NCBI GenBank assembly: GCA_000708835.1
Contig: DF237113.1
Span: 1 to 64,000 of the forward strand
Origin: Klebsormidium nitens
Taxonomy: Eukaryota; Plantae; Klebsormidiophyceae
Direction of reading: 5' to 3'
Length of the DNA stretch: 64,000 nt
Shown here: positions 24,958 to 35,408 of the stretch, in pieces
Position numbering within the stretch: position 1 is the stretch's first letter
Layout of the letters: each line of letters begins with the position of its first letter
Translations under genes and position numbers: made by a program
The notes under the pieces: model-generated
The model's input: only the letters and a program-made list of their open reading frames with translations
What the model was told of the DNA's origin: nothing
Database searches by the model: none

Positions 24958-26253
24958 ATGGAGAAGCTATCCAGGGCTTCCTCTGCCACTGGATTCGACA
25001 GATTACCTGACCACCTGGTCACTCGCATTTTAGTAGCAGCAAGCTCTGGGATTGTCGAGGGGCTGTGTCGATATAGGACAGTTTGTTCGCGCTTCAACAA
25101 GATCGCCGCTCAAGCGGAGAGGGTGACTTGCCAATTGGAGGATGCAGGAACGCTGAGAAGCGGAGTTGTGCGATACCTCCAGGACTGTGGTGGGTTAAAG
25201 TCCCTTTGTTTCACCAGCCCAATCAACAACGCAGGTTCCATCCCAGATATCTTCTGGCCCGCAATCAGCGGAGCAACCCCCAGCCTAACTCATTGTGAGA
25301 TCTCTCACGCAAACTTGTGTCCATCTGACGTTGCCAGTGAAGAGCCCACCCACGAACTGCTGAGAACCATGGCAAAGTGTCCTCAATTACGGCTTTTGAA
25401 ACTAGACAGCTGCCGCGCGCGCTTAGACAAGCCCGTTTCAGCTCAGTACACCTTCAAGTCCCTCACCAGTATCGAGCTCTCTGACTGCTACCTGGAAGAC
25501 TCCTGCCTGCAAGGCCTGATGAAAGCGTGCCCGTACTTGAAGAACCTGGCTCTGGATGGCATAAACGGACTTGTTTTTCCAACGATATCATCAGGCTCGA
25601 TTGAGTCGCTGCTTCTTAAGCCATGCGACGACATAGAGAATGTGCGCATCAGAATGCCGCAGCTCGTGCATTTGGAAGCCATATTCATTGATAGGCTTTG
25701 GATTGACGCTCCAAATCTTGTGGAACTCATATTGGACACCTGCTGGGAAATTGAGAGAGAGGTGCCATGGAAGGTTGCCACTTTGGAAATTAGAGAAGGG
25801 CCAAGATCACAAGAGGAATTGGACCAAACTCTAAGTTTATGTCCTGATGCGAGAACCGTTATCTTGGGCGACGCTTTCAATGGTGATGCCTATCAGGACG
25901 GGGTGGACCTTGTAGAGCTTCTTCAACCTTTTCGGCACCTTGAAAGTTTGACGCTCCCCTCTGACATGCACCCTTTCATTGCACATCCAAAGCACGAAGG
26001 GCCACTCCTGTTGTCGAGATTTTTTTATCTCAAGAAGTTGAAAATTGGTCTCAAAGACATGGACGCAGAGTACGATCTTGGTATGGAACTCGTTAAGCTT
26101 GCCCCAAACTTAGAAAGTATTGTCATTGATGTCAGGGACATGCTTGACGGGGAGGTAAATGACCTGGTAAGGTCGTTCCTAGAAATCCAAAAGCATTATC
26201 CCCATCTTGAGGTAGTTGTTGAGTGGCCGAAGGGTCTGAGTGTAGGGGGATAG
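24958..26253 (+). CDS. Intronless F-box/LRR (RNI-like) protein, 431 aa
   Basis: F-box FDRLPDHLVTRIL...CRYRTVCSRF followed by LxxLxL repeats (LRLLKLDSC, LTSIELSDC, LKNLALDGI, LESLTL, LKKLKI, LESIVI). Confidence 0.88.
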   Translation: MEKLSRASSATGFDRLPDHLVTRILVAASSGIVEGLCRYRTVCSRFNKIAAQAERVTCQLEDAGTLRSGVVRYLQDCGGLKSLCFTSPINNAGSIPDIFWPAISGATPSLTHCEISHANLCPSDVASEEPTHELLRTMAKCPQLRLLKLDSCRARLDKPVSAQYTFKSLTSIELSDCYLEDSCLQGLMKACPYLKNLALDGINGLVFPTISSGSIESLLLKPCDDIENVRIRMPQLVHLEAIFIDRLWIDAPNLVELILDTCWEIEREVPWKVATLEIREGPRSQEELDQTLSLCPDARTVILGDAFNGDAYQDGVDLVELLQPFRHLESLTLPSDMHPFIAHPKHEGPLLLSRFFYLKKLKIGLKDMDAEYDLGMELVKLAPNLESIVIDVRDMLDGEVNDLVRSFLEIQKHYPHLEVVVEWPKGLSVGG

Positions 26254-27506
26254 GTGTTCTTGTGGAGGGTTGGTGTTCTTCGATGAAAGCGTTGGGTGGG
26301 CATCAAATTAAGCTCCTTGAGTACAAGCTGGTCAATCTGATTTGATATGTGTTCAAGCAATGTAGAAAACAGTCTCGGTTCATGCATAGCCGTTGCAATC
26401 TTTTGGTAAAGACTTGGCTGTCAATAAGCAATGCAACATTTTCTATGTTGGGTAGGTTCGGTCAATGTCCTGTGCATAATTATTAGTCGGTTCCTTGCGT
26501 TTTTTCATTGCAAACGCGTGAAGCTCTGCATGTAGTCCGCGACAACCATGAATCACTTTGGTCCAAACCATACGCTCACGGGACGGCCAGTCCGTTGATC
26601 AAGACATGATGAATGGTTTGTGAAAGTTAACTAAGCGGATCAATCTGATTCAAATTTGACCATGTTGTGCCGCCGTGTCTCCCTGACACATGAATGCAGC
26701 TTATCTGAATTCCAGCTGCATGGTCGATCTGGGCCAGACCTGGCATGTGACTCCCGCGGGCCCGGCGCCTAGACGTACCCTAGGTTTCAACTGCTATAAT
26801 GACGGTACCATGATTGGTTGTCGGATCGATCTCGGATCGTGCTTTCGATAAAATGTTCATGTGCACGATGCAACCAATGGATATATGGCCCTTAAATTAG
26901 TTCGATCCAAATGCATGTGATCGTCACTCTTGCCAGGAGTTCGCGCATATATACGTAACCTGGCCGCCGACTCTCATTCAAACATCACCGTCTATGCAAG
27001 ATTCAATGCAGCGGAGAGTGTTATGCTATAAAAGCTGAGTTCATGTTGTCCTGCCAATCAATGCAGCTAGTCCCTTCGACATTGCTCATACACACGGTCG
27101 GCCTTTGTGATGCATGAACCCAGACAACCAGGCAGTGACTACAGTACGACACAACTTTGTGTCGCAGCTGACCAGCAACTTTTGCAATCCGCAAACAGGC
27201 TGTACCCGTAATGCATGCATACTATATACAAACCGCTATGTTGGATGTCTTTCAGCATGCCCCGCAAGCCTGCATGCTTAACTGACTTATGACTACTCTA
27301 AGAAATACTACCGAAGCCATACCTCACCTGATCTATACCGCACGTCTTTCCAGTTTTCACGTATTTACAAAAGCAATGTCCCTCACTGCTCCTCAGTTTG
27401 CCCACCTGAGGTAATCTCCTCAATGTGACACATGCTCTACAGTGTGCCACCAGCTAAACAACATTGTATCAGAACAAAACCCTCTTAACCACCGATATCA
27501 GGAACT

Positions 27507-30500
27507 TCAAAAGTACTCAGCACATCTTTCTCTTCGTATCCGACTATACTCGAGGAGGCTACTATACGTCCGATCCGAAACACCCACGAAAAGGGCCTCC
27601 CCGTCGGGGCTGAAAGATACCCCGGCAATCTGCAAGGCCGAAGTATTCAGAGGCATGTTACAAAACAATTCAATGCCCTATTCGGCAGACAGACCTCTTG
27701 GCAAAGGCGTTCACAGGCGGCATCTGGCAGGGATGCGACTTTGAGCCCAAATTGAAACCACCCACCATGCTTCAGAGCCTCTGGAAACAACAGTCTGTGT
27801 GGACGACACACTTCCTGGATCAACTCGAGGGCTGAAGCTAGACCAGAGCTGTGTCAAACTGGTCACAACGTCTGAATGAACGCAAACGATATTCGACAAA
27901 CAGCCTTGTACTAACATCTCAAGATCCTCGAGCTCCTGACACCGCCCGTTCTTACGCGTTTTGGTTTACGAACGCACGACATTACAAGAAAAATTGAAGA
28001 GCCTTGTCCATACCTCCCCAAAGAGGTCAATTTCTTGACACCGCCCGTAGTCCCTCCCCGTCTCGAAGACGTGGACAAAGTCCGCGGGCTCCACCATCGC
28101 CAGGTGCCGCCCGTCGCCCGAGAAGCGCAGCGACCGGATGGCGCCGATGCGCCCCTTCAGCACCTTCACCGACTCCTTCAGGTTTCGTACGTCCCATAAC
28201 CTGGGGAAGGGTTACTGTGAAGTTAGGGTCATAGATAGCATGGTAGAGGAAAGCGGGGCCAGGATATGAGCTGCTGGAAATTGGTGCACAGACCTGGAGC
28301 GACAGAACGGAAGCAAGGAGATCACTCCAGGAGCTGCACGTATCACCCCCATACCAACTTGCCCGCTTTCAGCCCCATCGCAAGAAACAGCGGGGTGAGG
28401 ACAATCTGGCATAAGGCAAGCTGGTAATAATTTCGAACAGGGCAGCATTTAGGACCAGGAACTGCAGGAGGACCCGAATGAAACATAGAGTGCATGATCA
28501 CGTGATTGGGCGAGAAAATCGCGCTTCAGACAAGAGGCTCGAACAACAGAAAGAAGGGCACCCGGATGTTAGAAAGAGCAGTAGGGGGAATATCGGGATT
28601 AGCCAAAAGCAGGGACCCGGAGGATGGGCATCAAAAGTAACCGCAAACGACGGACGCGAAACATCCCAGTGAAGTATCGTGGATCGTCGAACCTCGCAAC
28701 GAAACGGATTGCTGAAAGCAGCTTCGATTCTTCCGACTATGTGCGAAACGATTATGACCAGTACGACTGCAAAGAAGACGCCGCCTCAAAGCCGCAAACA
28801 AATCGCACCCGAAACAGAATTTGAACCCTCCGCAACACCAGCTTAAAATAAGCTAAACTCGCCTCCCACTTCCGTTGATTCATCTCGCATCACGCATACC
28901 ACCTTTAGTGTCAAAGTCGGTGGTCAGCACCAGGTCAGCCTGAGATTCTTCCTGAAAGCCAGCTTGGAACGCATAGCATGGGAAAAAGATCTAGCCTTAG
29001 TCAAAAATGCTCTCAACCACCACGCCAGACCCCAACGCTGAAACACCTTAACCTCCAACACAACCCTTATGCCAAACAGCACAACACTCCCTGAAAAGGT
29101 CTACCCACCCCACTCACCTTGTCGTCGTGTCTTGGTTACCCGTCGCAAACACCCGCCCGTCTGGGTGCCACGCCGTCGCAAACGAGAAGTCCAGATGGCC
29201 CCGCAGGCTGGCCACCGGTTTCCCCGTCTGGAAATCAGCGATCAGGCCCTCGGGATCGTCCCCGACCACGCAAACCAGCTTCCCGTCAGGGCTAACCGAG
29301 GTGTGGTTAACCGCCCAGGGAAAGGAGAAACGGGAGAGGATGGCGAAGGAGGCGCCGTCGAAGACGCGCACGATGCAGTCGTTGTTGGACGTGAGCATGC
29401 GGACAGCCCCGCTGCAGAAAACAAAGAAGCGGTGTTAAGTTGGTTCTGAGAATATTGATATTGAAGTCTCGGTTTTGATAAGGATGGAAACGAAAGATTG
29501 CCCTGTCGAAGACGCGGACGAAGCAGTCGGTGTTGTGCCGACTGCCTCACTGCAAAAAGAGAAGAAGTGGCAAGCGACTCTGCCTCAAATCTTCAAAAGA
29601 ATGCTTCGAGAAATCGAGGGTGTCGAGTTGTGAGGAGGCGTAAGATGCTGGCACGGAGAAACGTGCAATTATCAAAGGACGTGAGACCGCCCAACTGCAG
29701 AGAAAAGGGAAGCGGTGATCTCCTGAGCGTTTAGTCTCGATCTCCAATTTTGACAGCGAAGGGTGACGGCATTGAAAGCCCGGCCACTGCAGTCGTTGCT
29801 GGGAGCCCGCAGACCGCCCCGCTGATGGGAAAGACAAGGGCGATGGGCAATTCCAAGTTCCGAATTCATACCTCAATTTTTAGGGCTTCGTAGTCTTTAA
29901 TGCCTAAAGGACGAGCTTCCTAGAACGCGCATGATGCAGCCAAACCGTCCCGCTGCAGAAAGGCGACGAGCTCTGAGCCTCTTGGTCGTTCAAACTGCAA
30001 CACTAAGTTTTCTGCAATCCCGATCTTTACAGGTTGTAGATACGAACAGTCGGTAACACGAGGATGCGATCACCGGTTATAAAGAGTTGCGGGAGGCCCC
30101 ATTGGAGAGAGTAAGGGAGAGGAATGCGAAAGCAGCTGTAGATGGGACGTTCAGACAGGGCCCGCTGTTGCAACGAGGAGCAACTAGCATCGACACCGGG
30201 GCGCTTCAAGACTGGCGGCGCATTCTTAGATATCGCTCCCTGAGGACTTTGCTTGTACAGACTTTGTTAGCAATCCGAGCTACCAACATTTGCGACTTTG
30301 TCAGCATTTCGAGCTTGAGACGAACGCGTGGCGGATGAAACATTAAAGTTGGGAAAACCTTCCAAACAGGAACCTCGAAAAAACCAGAAAGGCGCAAATC
30401 TTCGCGACAGCATGACGGTCCCCTTGTGCCCCAAGGTAAGCGTCGTGCTCTGTTGGTGGCACGGAGACTCCCACTCGAGGTGCAAGAAAGCGGGACGCAA

Positions 30501-33500
30501 AAAAGCGGTCTTTACCTTGGACTGTCCGTGACCTCAATTGCGTTTGTGATTGCATTGTCTGCGTGCGTGATGCGGCCGCTGTACGAGACCGTGGGAGTCT
30601 CCAAGTTCTGCACACAGGTTGCTGTCTACTTCAGTAGTGGCTTTTGCGGCTCGCTAGAGGTTAGACTATGTCTACGTTAAGTGGTGCTCAACGAAAATCA
30701 GCAGTTCCCTCGAAAAAATTAACGGGGGGGTGTTTTCTCAACGGGACGCCCGAAGAAGGGCTGCTTTCTCCTGATGAAACCGCCTTCTCCACAGACAAAA
30801 CGACACTGTTTGGGTTGAGACAAAGAAGATCTGTCTGCCTGAAATTTCCAGAAAGCCTAGATGCGGGGCAGGAGTTCGTTTATCGTAATCGTCATGATGC
30901 AAAGATCCAACGGTGTTTTCCCTAAAGCCGGACCCTGATGCTTTCAAAACTCCGAGACTTGCGAACCGCACCACAGAATCCTGAGGTCTCAAGTTCAACC
31001 TGATGCCTTGCGCAAAGCGTACCTTACAGACCATCTCGCCGTGGAACCCGCCTGCCACCAGCAGGTTCTTGCTGACGCACATGGTGCTGATCTGCACCCG
31101 CTCCATGCCGCCCGTCGGGATCCCGCTCAGCTGGTCCTGCCAGCTCTGGGGAGGGGAGAACAGAGACTGACGTCAGCAAGGGCAATATTTGGCTCAGCTG
31201 GTCCTGCCAGCTCTATGGACGGGGGAACAGAGAATGCCGTCAGCAAGGGATATTGCCAAACACTGAGTCGCACACTTCAGAAGGACAACGCTGACTTTGA
31301 CACAGCGCTCTCTGCCTCGTTGTTTCAGGGAATCTCTGGTCCCTGTCGAGAGTTCTCCTCACTGTGATCCCCTATCGGACGCAAATATTGTACCAGACCT
31401 CGTGCACGTTTTGTTATTGCACGTGACGAGGAGAGCATGACTTTCTCAAACAGCCAGTCAGGCCTTTTCCACCTAGCATTGACACTACTTTTGTACTCTG
31501 AAAGCTTCAAAGGCTAGGCCGATGTACGTTCGATGATCACACGACGTGCAATGAATGCTGACTGGCGTTGTCGTGTGTTAACACGAATACACGTGCCTTA
31601 CCTGTCCACTCAGATTGATGACCTGTGTCACTTTGTTCTGTAGTGGCGACCAGTGGTTGATCGCAAAGTGGTGCATCACGTAGATGTCGTGCTTGGAGTT
31701 CGCCCACACCAAGTTTCTCAACTGTCAAGGAAGGGATTTCAAGTCTTTTATCGTCCCTCGTTAATTACTCACGTGTCAGAGATAACCCTCAAGAGCCTAG
31801 ACGATCAGGCTCATCTTCCTTGTATGATTCCATCAGAATTTCGCGCCAACTTGAATTGAATACAACAGCGTATCTTGTCAAACAGAAATCAAGGCATACT
31901 AAACCGTGGAAAGTGTTGCAGAAGAAAAGCCTGGGTCACCAGATGGACAGGGACAAGACAAATTAGCAAAGACAAGCCTGTTCACCAAATAGACAGACAG
32001 ACAGACAGACAGACGCTAGACACACAGAGGCCGAACAGAACCAGCAACAGCGCGCAATCATTTCTACAAGTTTGTCGGAACCTGTTTGCGTTTCATCCGC
32101 TACTTAAACTTGGGCCTTCTTTTTCATGCCCTACATTAGGCCTCACTTACCCGAGCATAGCAAGACGTTCCCAACTCACAGACGTTCAAACCTCACAGTC
32201 CATAAAGGAGTGGGCCGACTGACCGATTACAAGACCTGCTACACAACGGCTCACACTCTGGTGGGAATCGTCCACTCCTGCCAAAACTGTTGCCTATCTC
32301 TGTAGACCTGGCTTCCCTGCAACTCAAATGGCTGGCCGCGAGCTTGCATGTCATCATTGCAACCTATTTGTGATCTAACCAGGGGCGATCAACTGTTTGT
32401 TATCTCACCAGGGGCGATCAACTTGCCTACCGGCATCCAGCTCGCTCATAATCACGCGGTCGTCTCGTAGAGACTTGCTTAACTAATTTCAGGAAACCAG
32501 GATCAACTTGCATCTTCCTGGTTATTCGAGCGCTGGACCACCATCGGCACAATAGAGTTCTTGATCCAGATTGTGCATTTGTACATATAGCCGAGTAAGA
32601 CTAAATTGAGATCAACGAGAGAAGACGCCAGAGGATGCACACATGAGATCTGAGATAGTCCATAAAAACGCACCTGGAAGTGGACTACAGTCGACTTCAC
32701 CCCCCGCGCATTGTACTGGAAGTCAAACAGCTTGGCACCCGAAGTGACGGGCTGGCAGACCTGCGAGGATGGGGAACACCAGAAAATCAGTATTTCCGGG
32801 GGCTTATAGGCACACAATAGCCAGACAGGTGAAGATGCACGTGAACCAGTATCTGTATATGGTCTAGTTCACTTTTGGAAGCTTTGCCCAGACAAGAAAG
32901 ATTTAAGTATTTGTTCGTTAATAAATTTTCACACAATGTCCAACTGTTTGGATGTACTGTGGGGTTAAGCTGCCTGGCGCTAGTAGCATCTCAGAAGTTC
33001 TCTGGGCGTGCGGACAAGGACAACTTGGCTGCTGCAGTCAGGTTAGGGAAAGTGTTTTGGCTTAGTCAAAATAACCTGATTCAGGGGCTTTTGGTCCAAG
33101 GCTTTTTGAGGAAGGATAACGACTGATACGTGCTAGAAGAGTGACATGCTTTGCGCAATGCCTTCTCCACTCCTTGGTTGTCAAAGTGGCTACGTGGAGA
33201 AACCAGGCAAAAGATGGGGAGGGGGCAAACTTACATTCGAAAAGTTGGCTGTGTGTCCCTCATTTTGAAGCGAAAAAAGGGAGAATTTCAAAGAAGGAAC
33301 GAACCTTTTCTAGCTCTTCATGCGCAACATCCAGGTTCTCATAGTTTTTGTACTGTTGCAATCGGGTCTCCCTGTAACGTTCCCTTGTGAAGTGCATTCG
33401 CTCCCAAGGGATCCCCTGAATATCCTTGCCTTGTCTGTGCTGAGCCGCGGTGGTGTCTAAGGATTCTTCGCCCTGCACAGATAGTAAGAAAACGTCTTAA

Positions 33501-34273
33501 AAACCATGCAGATGGATTGTAATGGTGAAGAATATGAGCAATGAATCAAGTTGAAGACATACAAGAGAATGTATTGTACTGCCAAGTCTTATCCTTCAAG
33601 CCTGTCAGAATCTGCAGGAATAGGAGTTTTATGCGACCTAGTTCAACGACAATGGGCAGGATGATCGGGCCCCTTGCAGAACTTTTTACTATAAGTGGGC
33701 TATGGAACTTAAAATCAAAGTGACGACGATGTGGTGGTTTGCAAGAAAAAGGGACAGGAAAACTCCCTACTCTTTCACCTTCAATTGCATGTGAAATAGA
33801 CAGATTGAACTGCCAGATTCCTTAATGAACATGACTGCCACCACATGCCCTCTTCACAAAGTTTCAACATGCATTGGATTTCAGAAACAAGGAAAGCACC
33901 ATGCGTTTCAGTGATGTCAACCATAAGGGTCCCCAAGGTTCACCTGCGGGTTTGAAAACATTTTGGCTGAAGTAGTGAAAATGACAAAGGTTTCGTGAGA
34001 AATGTTAGTCTTCAGTCGAAACAGGTTTACAGCACTCAGCAACGTCTACTTTTCATAAGCAATGGAAAGTGCAGCTAAACAACAATCTACAATGACACGG
34101 GGCTGGCTCCTCACCTCTTCTTCCTCTGCATCCGAGTCACTCGGAGATTCTTCCATCGGTTGCAAGTTGCTCTCGTCCTCGTGAGACTCTGCCTCAGACC
34201 CGACCTGCTCCCCAGCCAAATCATCTTCTATTTCATCGTCACTAAAGTCCGCAAAGTCAAACTCGTGGTCCAT
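27507..34273 (-). CDS. Plant-type WD40-repeat protein (DUF2415/C2A9.03-like family), 9 exons, ~450 aa
   Basis: Exons: 34115-34273, 33305-33472, 32674-32760, 31602-31721, 31023-31145, 30516-30607, 29118-29411, 28014-28200, 27507-27629. Motifs: GKDIQGIPW, QYKNYEN, VHFQLRNLVWA, LLVAGGFHGE, DNAITNAIE, SNNDC, WAVNHTSVSPDG, GHLDFSFATAWHPDG, GAIRSLRFS, EPADFVHV, SFSPDGEALFVGVSDRTYSSLLEY. Confidence 0.93.
29505..29960 (-). repeat. Four decayed copies of the WD40 exon-7 acceptor and exon start, in intron 6
   Basis: Real acceptor CAG is at 29412-29414. Copies have CAG at 29550-52, 29695-97, 29822-24 and 29953-55. Examples: gtcgaagacgcggacgaagcagtcgg versus real gtcgaagacgcgcacgatgcagtcgt; PSNDCSGRAFN versus SNNDCIVRVFD. 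Confidence 0.82.
31192..31255 (-). repeat. Duplicated branch point, pyrimidine tract, AG and first 21 nt of WD40 exon 5 (period 67 bp)
   Basis: gctcagctggtcctgccagctct occurs twice. Both copies are followed on the plus strand by gg..ga.aacagaga...cgtcagcaaggg. Confidence 0.9.
31991..32014. repeat. (AGAC)6 microsatellite in a WD40 intron
   Basis: agacagacagacagacagacagac. Confidence 0.95.
32378..32423. repeat. Short intronic direct repeat, period 29 bp
   Basis: accaggggcgatcaact at 32378 and 32407. Confidence 0.8.
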
Positions 34274-35250
34274 GTTTCACAAAAGTTGGCTGTGCCCTGC
34301 AGAGGGGGTGGGGTTTGACGAGCGCCAAGAAGCAAAACCTAGCAAACTACCACTAAAAGCAAACGTTGACCCCGACTCTAAATGTTCCAAAAACTCAGAC
34401 GGAACTTGGGAACCGAGAAACTGGCTCTCTGATTTGTCAGACTTGCCCCGTCTCTATCAAGTGAGAGAAACTTAGCATTTCTCAAACCGCAAATGCAGCA
34501 GCACAGCTGGTTCTATGAAGGGTGAGAACCAGCTAGCTAGAACTTCGCCAGATCGTTAGGCACCAACCATTGCTGAAGCAAGAAAGCAAACGGCGGCCCT
34601 TAGAATTTTACAAGGGAAGGGAACGCCCTACAGTCTACTGCCACTGGCAAAGCTGGCAAGCAAAGCAAAGCTGCATATAGGCTATGTATGAGGCGCTGGT
34701 ATAGGGTTTGGCAGAACCCTAAAGCCTGTGAAATTGAGTCTGGCTCAAGGTAGCTGGCGCGCGCGGGCGCGAGGGCATGACCGGAGTCCGCTGCACGGCG
34801 GGGCGGCGCCGGCCTGGCATATTAAAGGCGGCCAGCGCCGGGGGCTCGTCGCTGACGGATTTACAGGCACAAAAAGAGGGTCTGCGCAGAACACAAAAGA
34901 ATGTGAAGTGAAGGCAGTCGTTGAAGAGGAACTTCTATTATGGCTATTGTTACTAAGGTAGAAAGAGCCGCTGAGCATCGCTGCACCGTACATCTGCATG
35001 ATTGATGGTCCTGCCATTCATATAGTAGAATACGGTCATTCTCGCAGATTGCATGCAAATCTATGGACAGGTGGTCTGCAATAGCAAGGTGTGCAACCAG
35101 GCTTGATTCACCACCGACCGGCAGTGCAGAATATGATTAGGCACAGCAGGCAACCTGCGAAAAGGGCATGGGGATCTTCCGAGGAGCTGGCAATCAATCT
35201 TTGCCTAGACGAAAGATGTCATTCTCATCATCCAATTGTCCCCTGGAACG

Positions 35251-35316
35251 GGGGCAGCTTCGGATGATCTGAGAGTTACATATGGACTGGGGCAGCTTCG
35301 GATCAATTGAGAGTTG
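35251..35316. repeat. Direct repeat upstream of the ELO-kinase gene, period 38 bp
   Basis: ggggcagcttcggat....tgagagtt occurs twice. Confidence 0.8.
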
Positions 35317-35408
35317 AGCTCGCAAGATGGCTCTGAGCTAGTTTATTGATCGCCGCACATGAGCTACCTGAACTCCCAACACTCGGGATTCTAAATAGAA
35401 AGGACACA

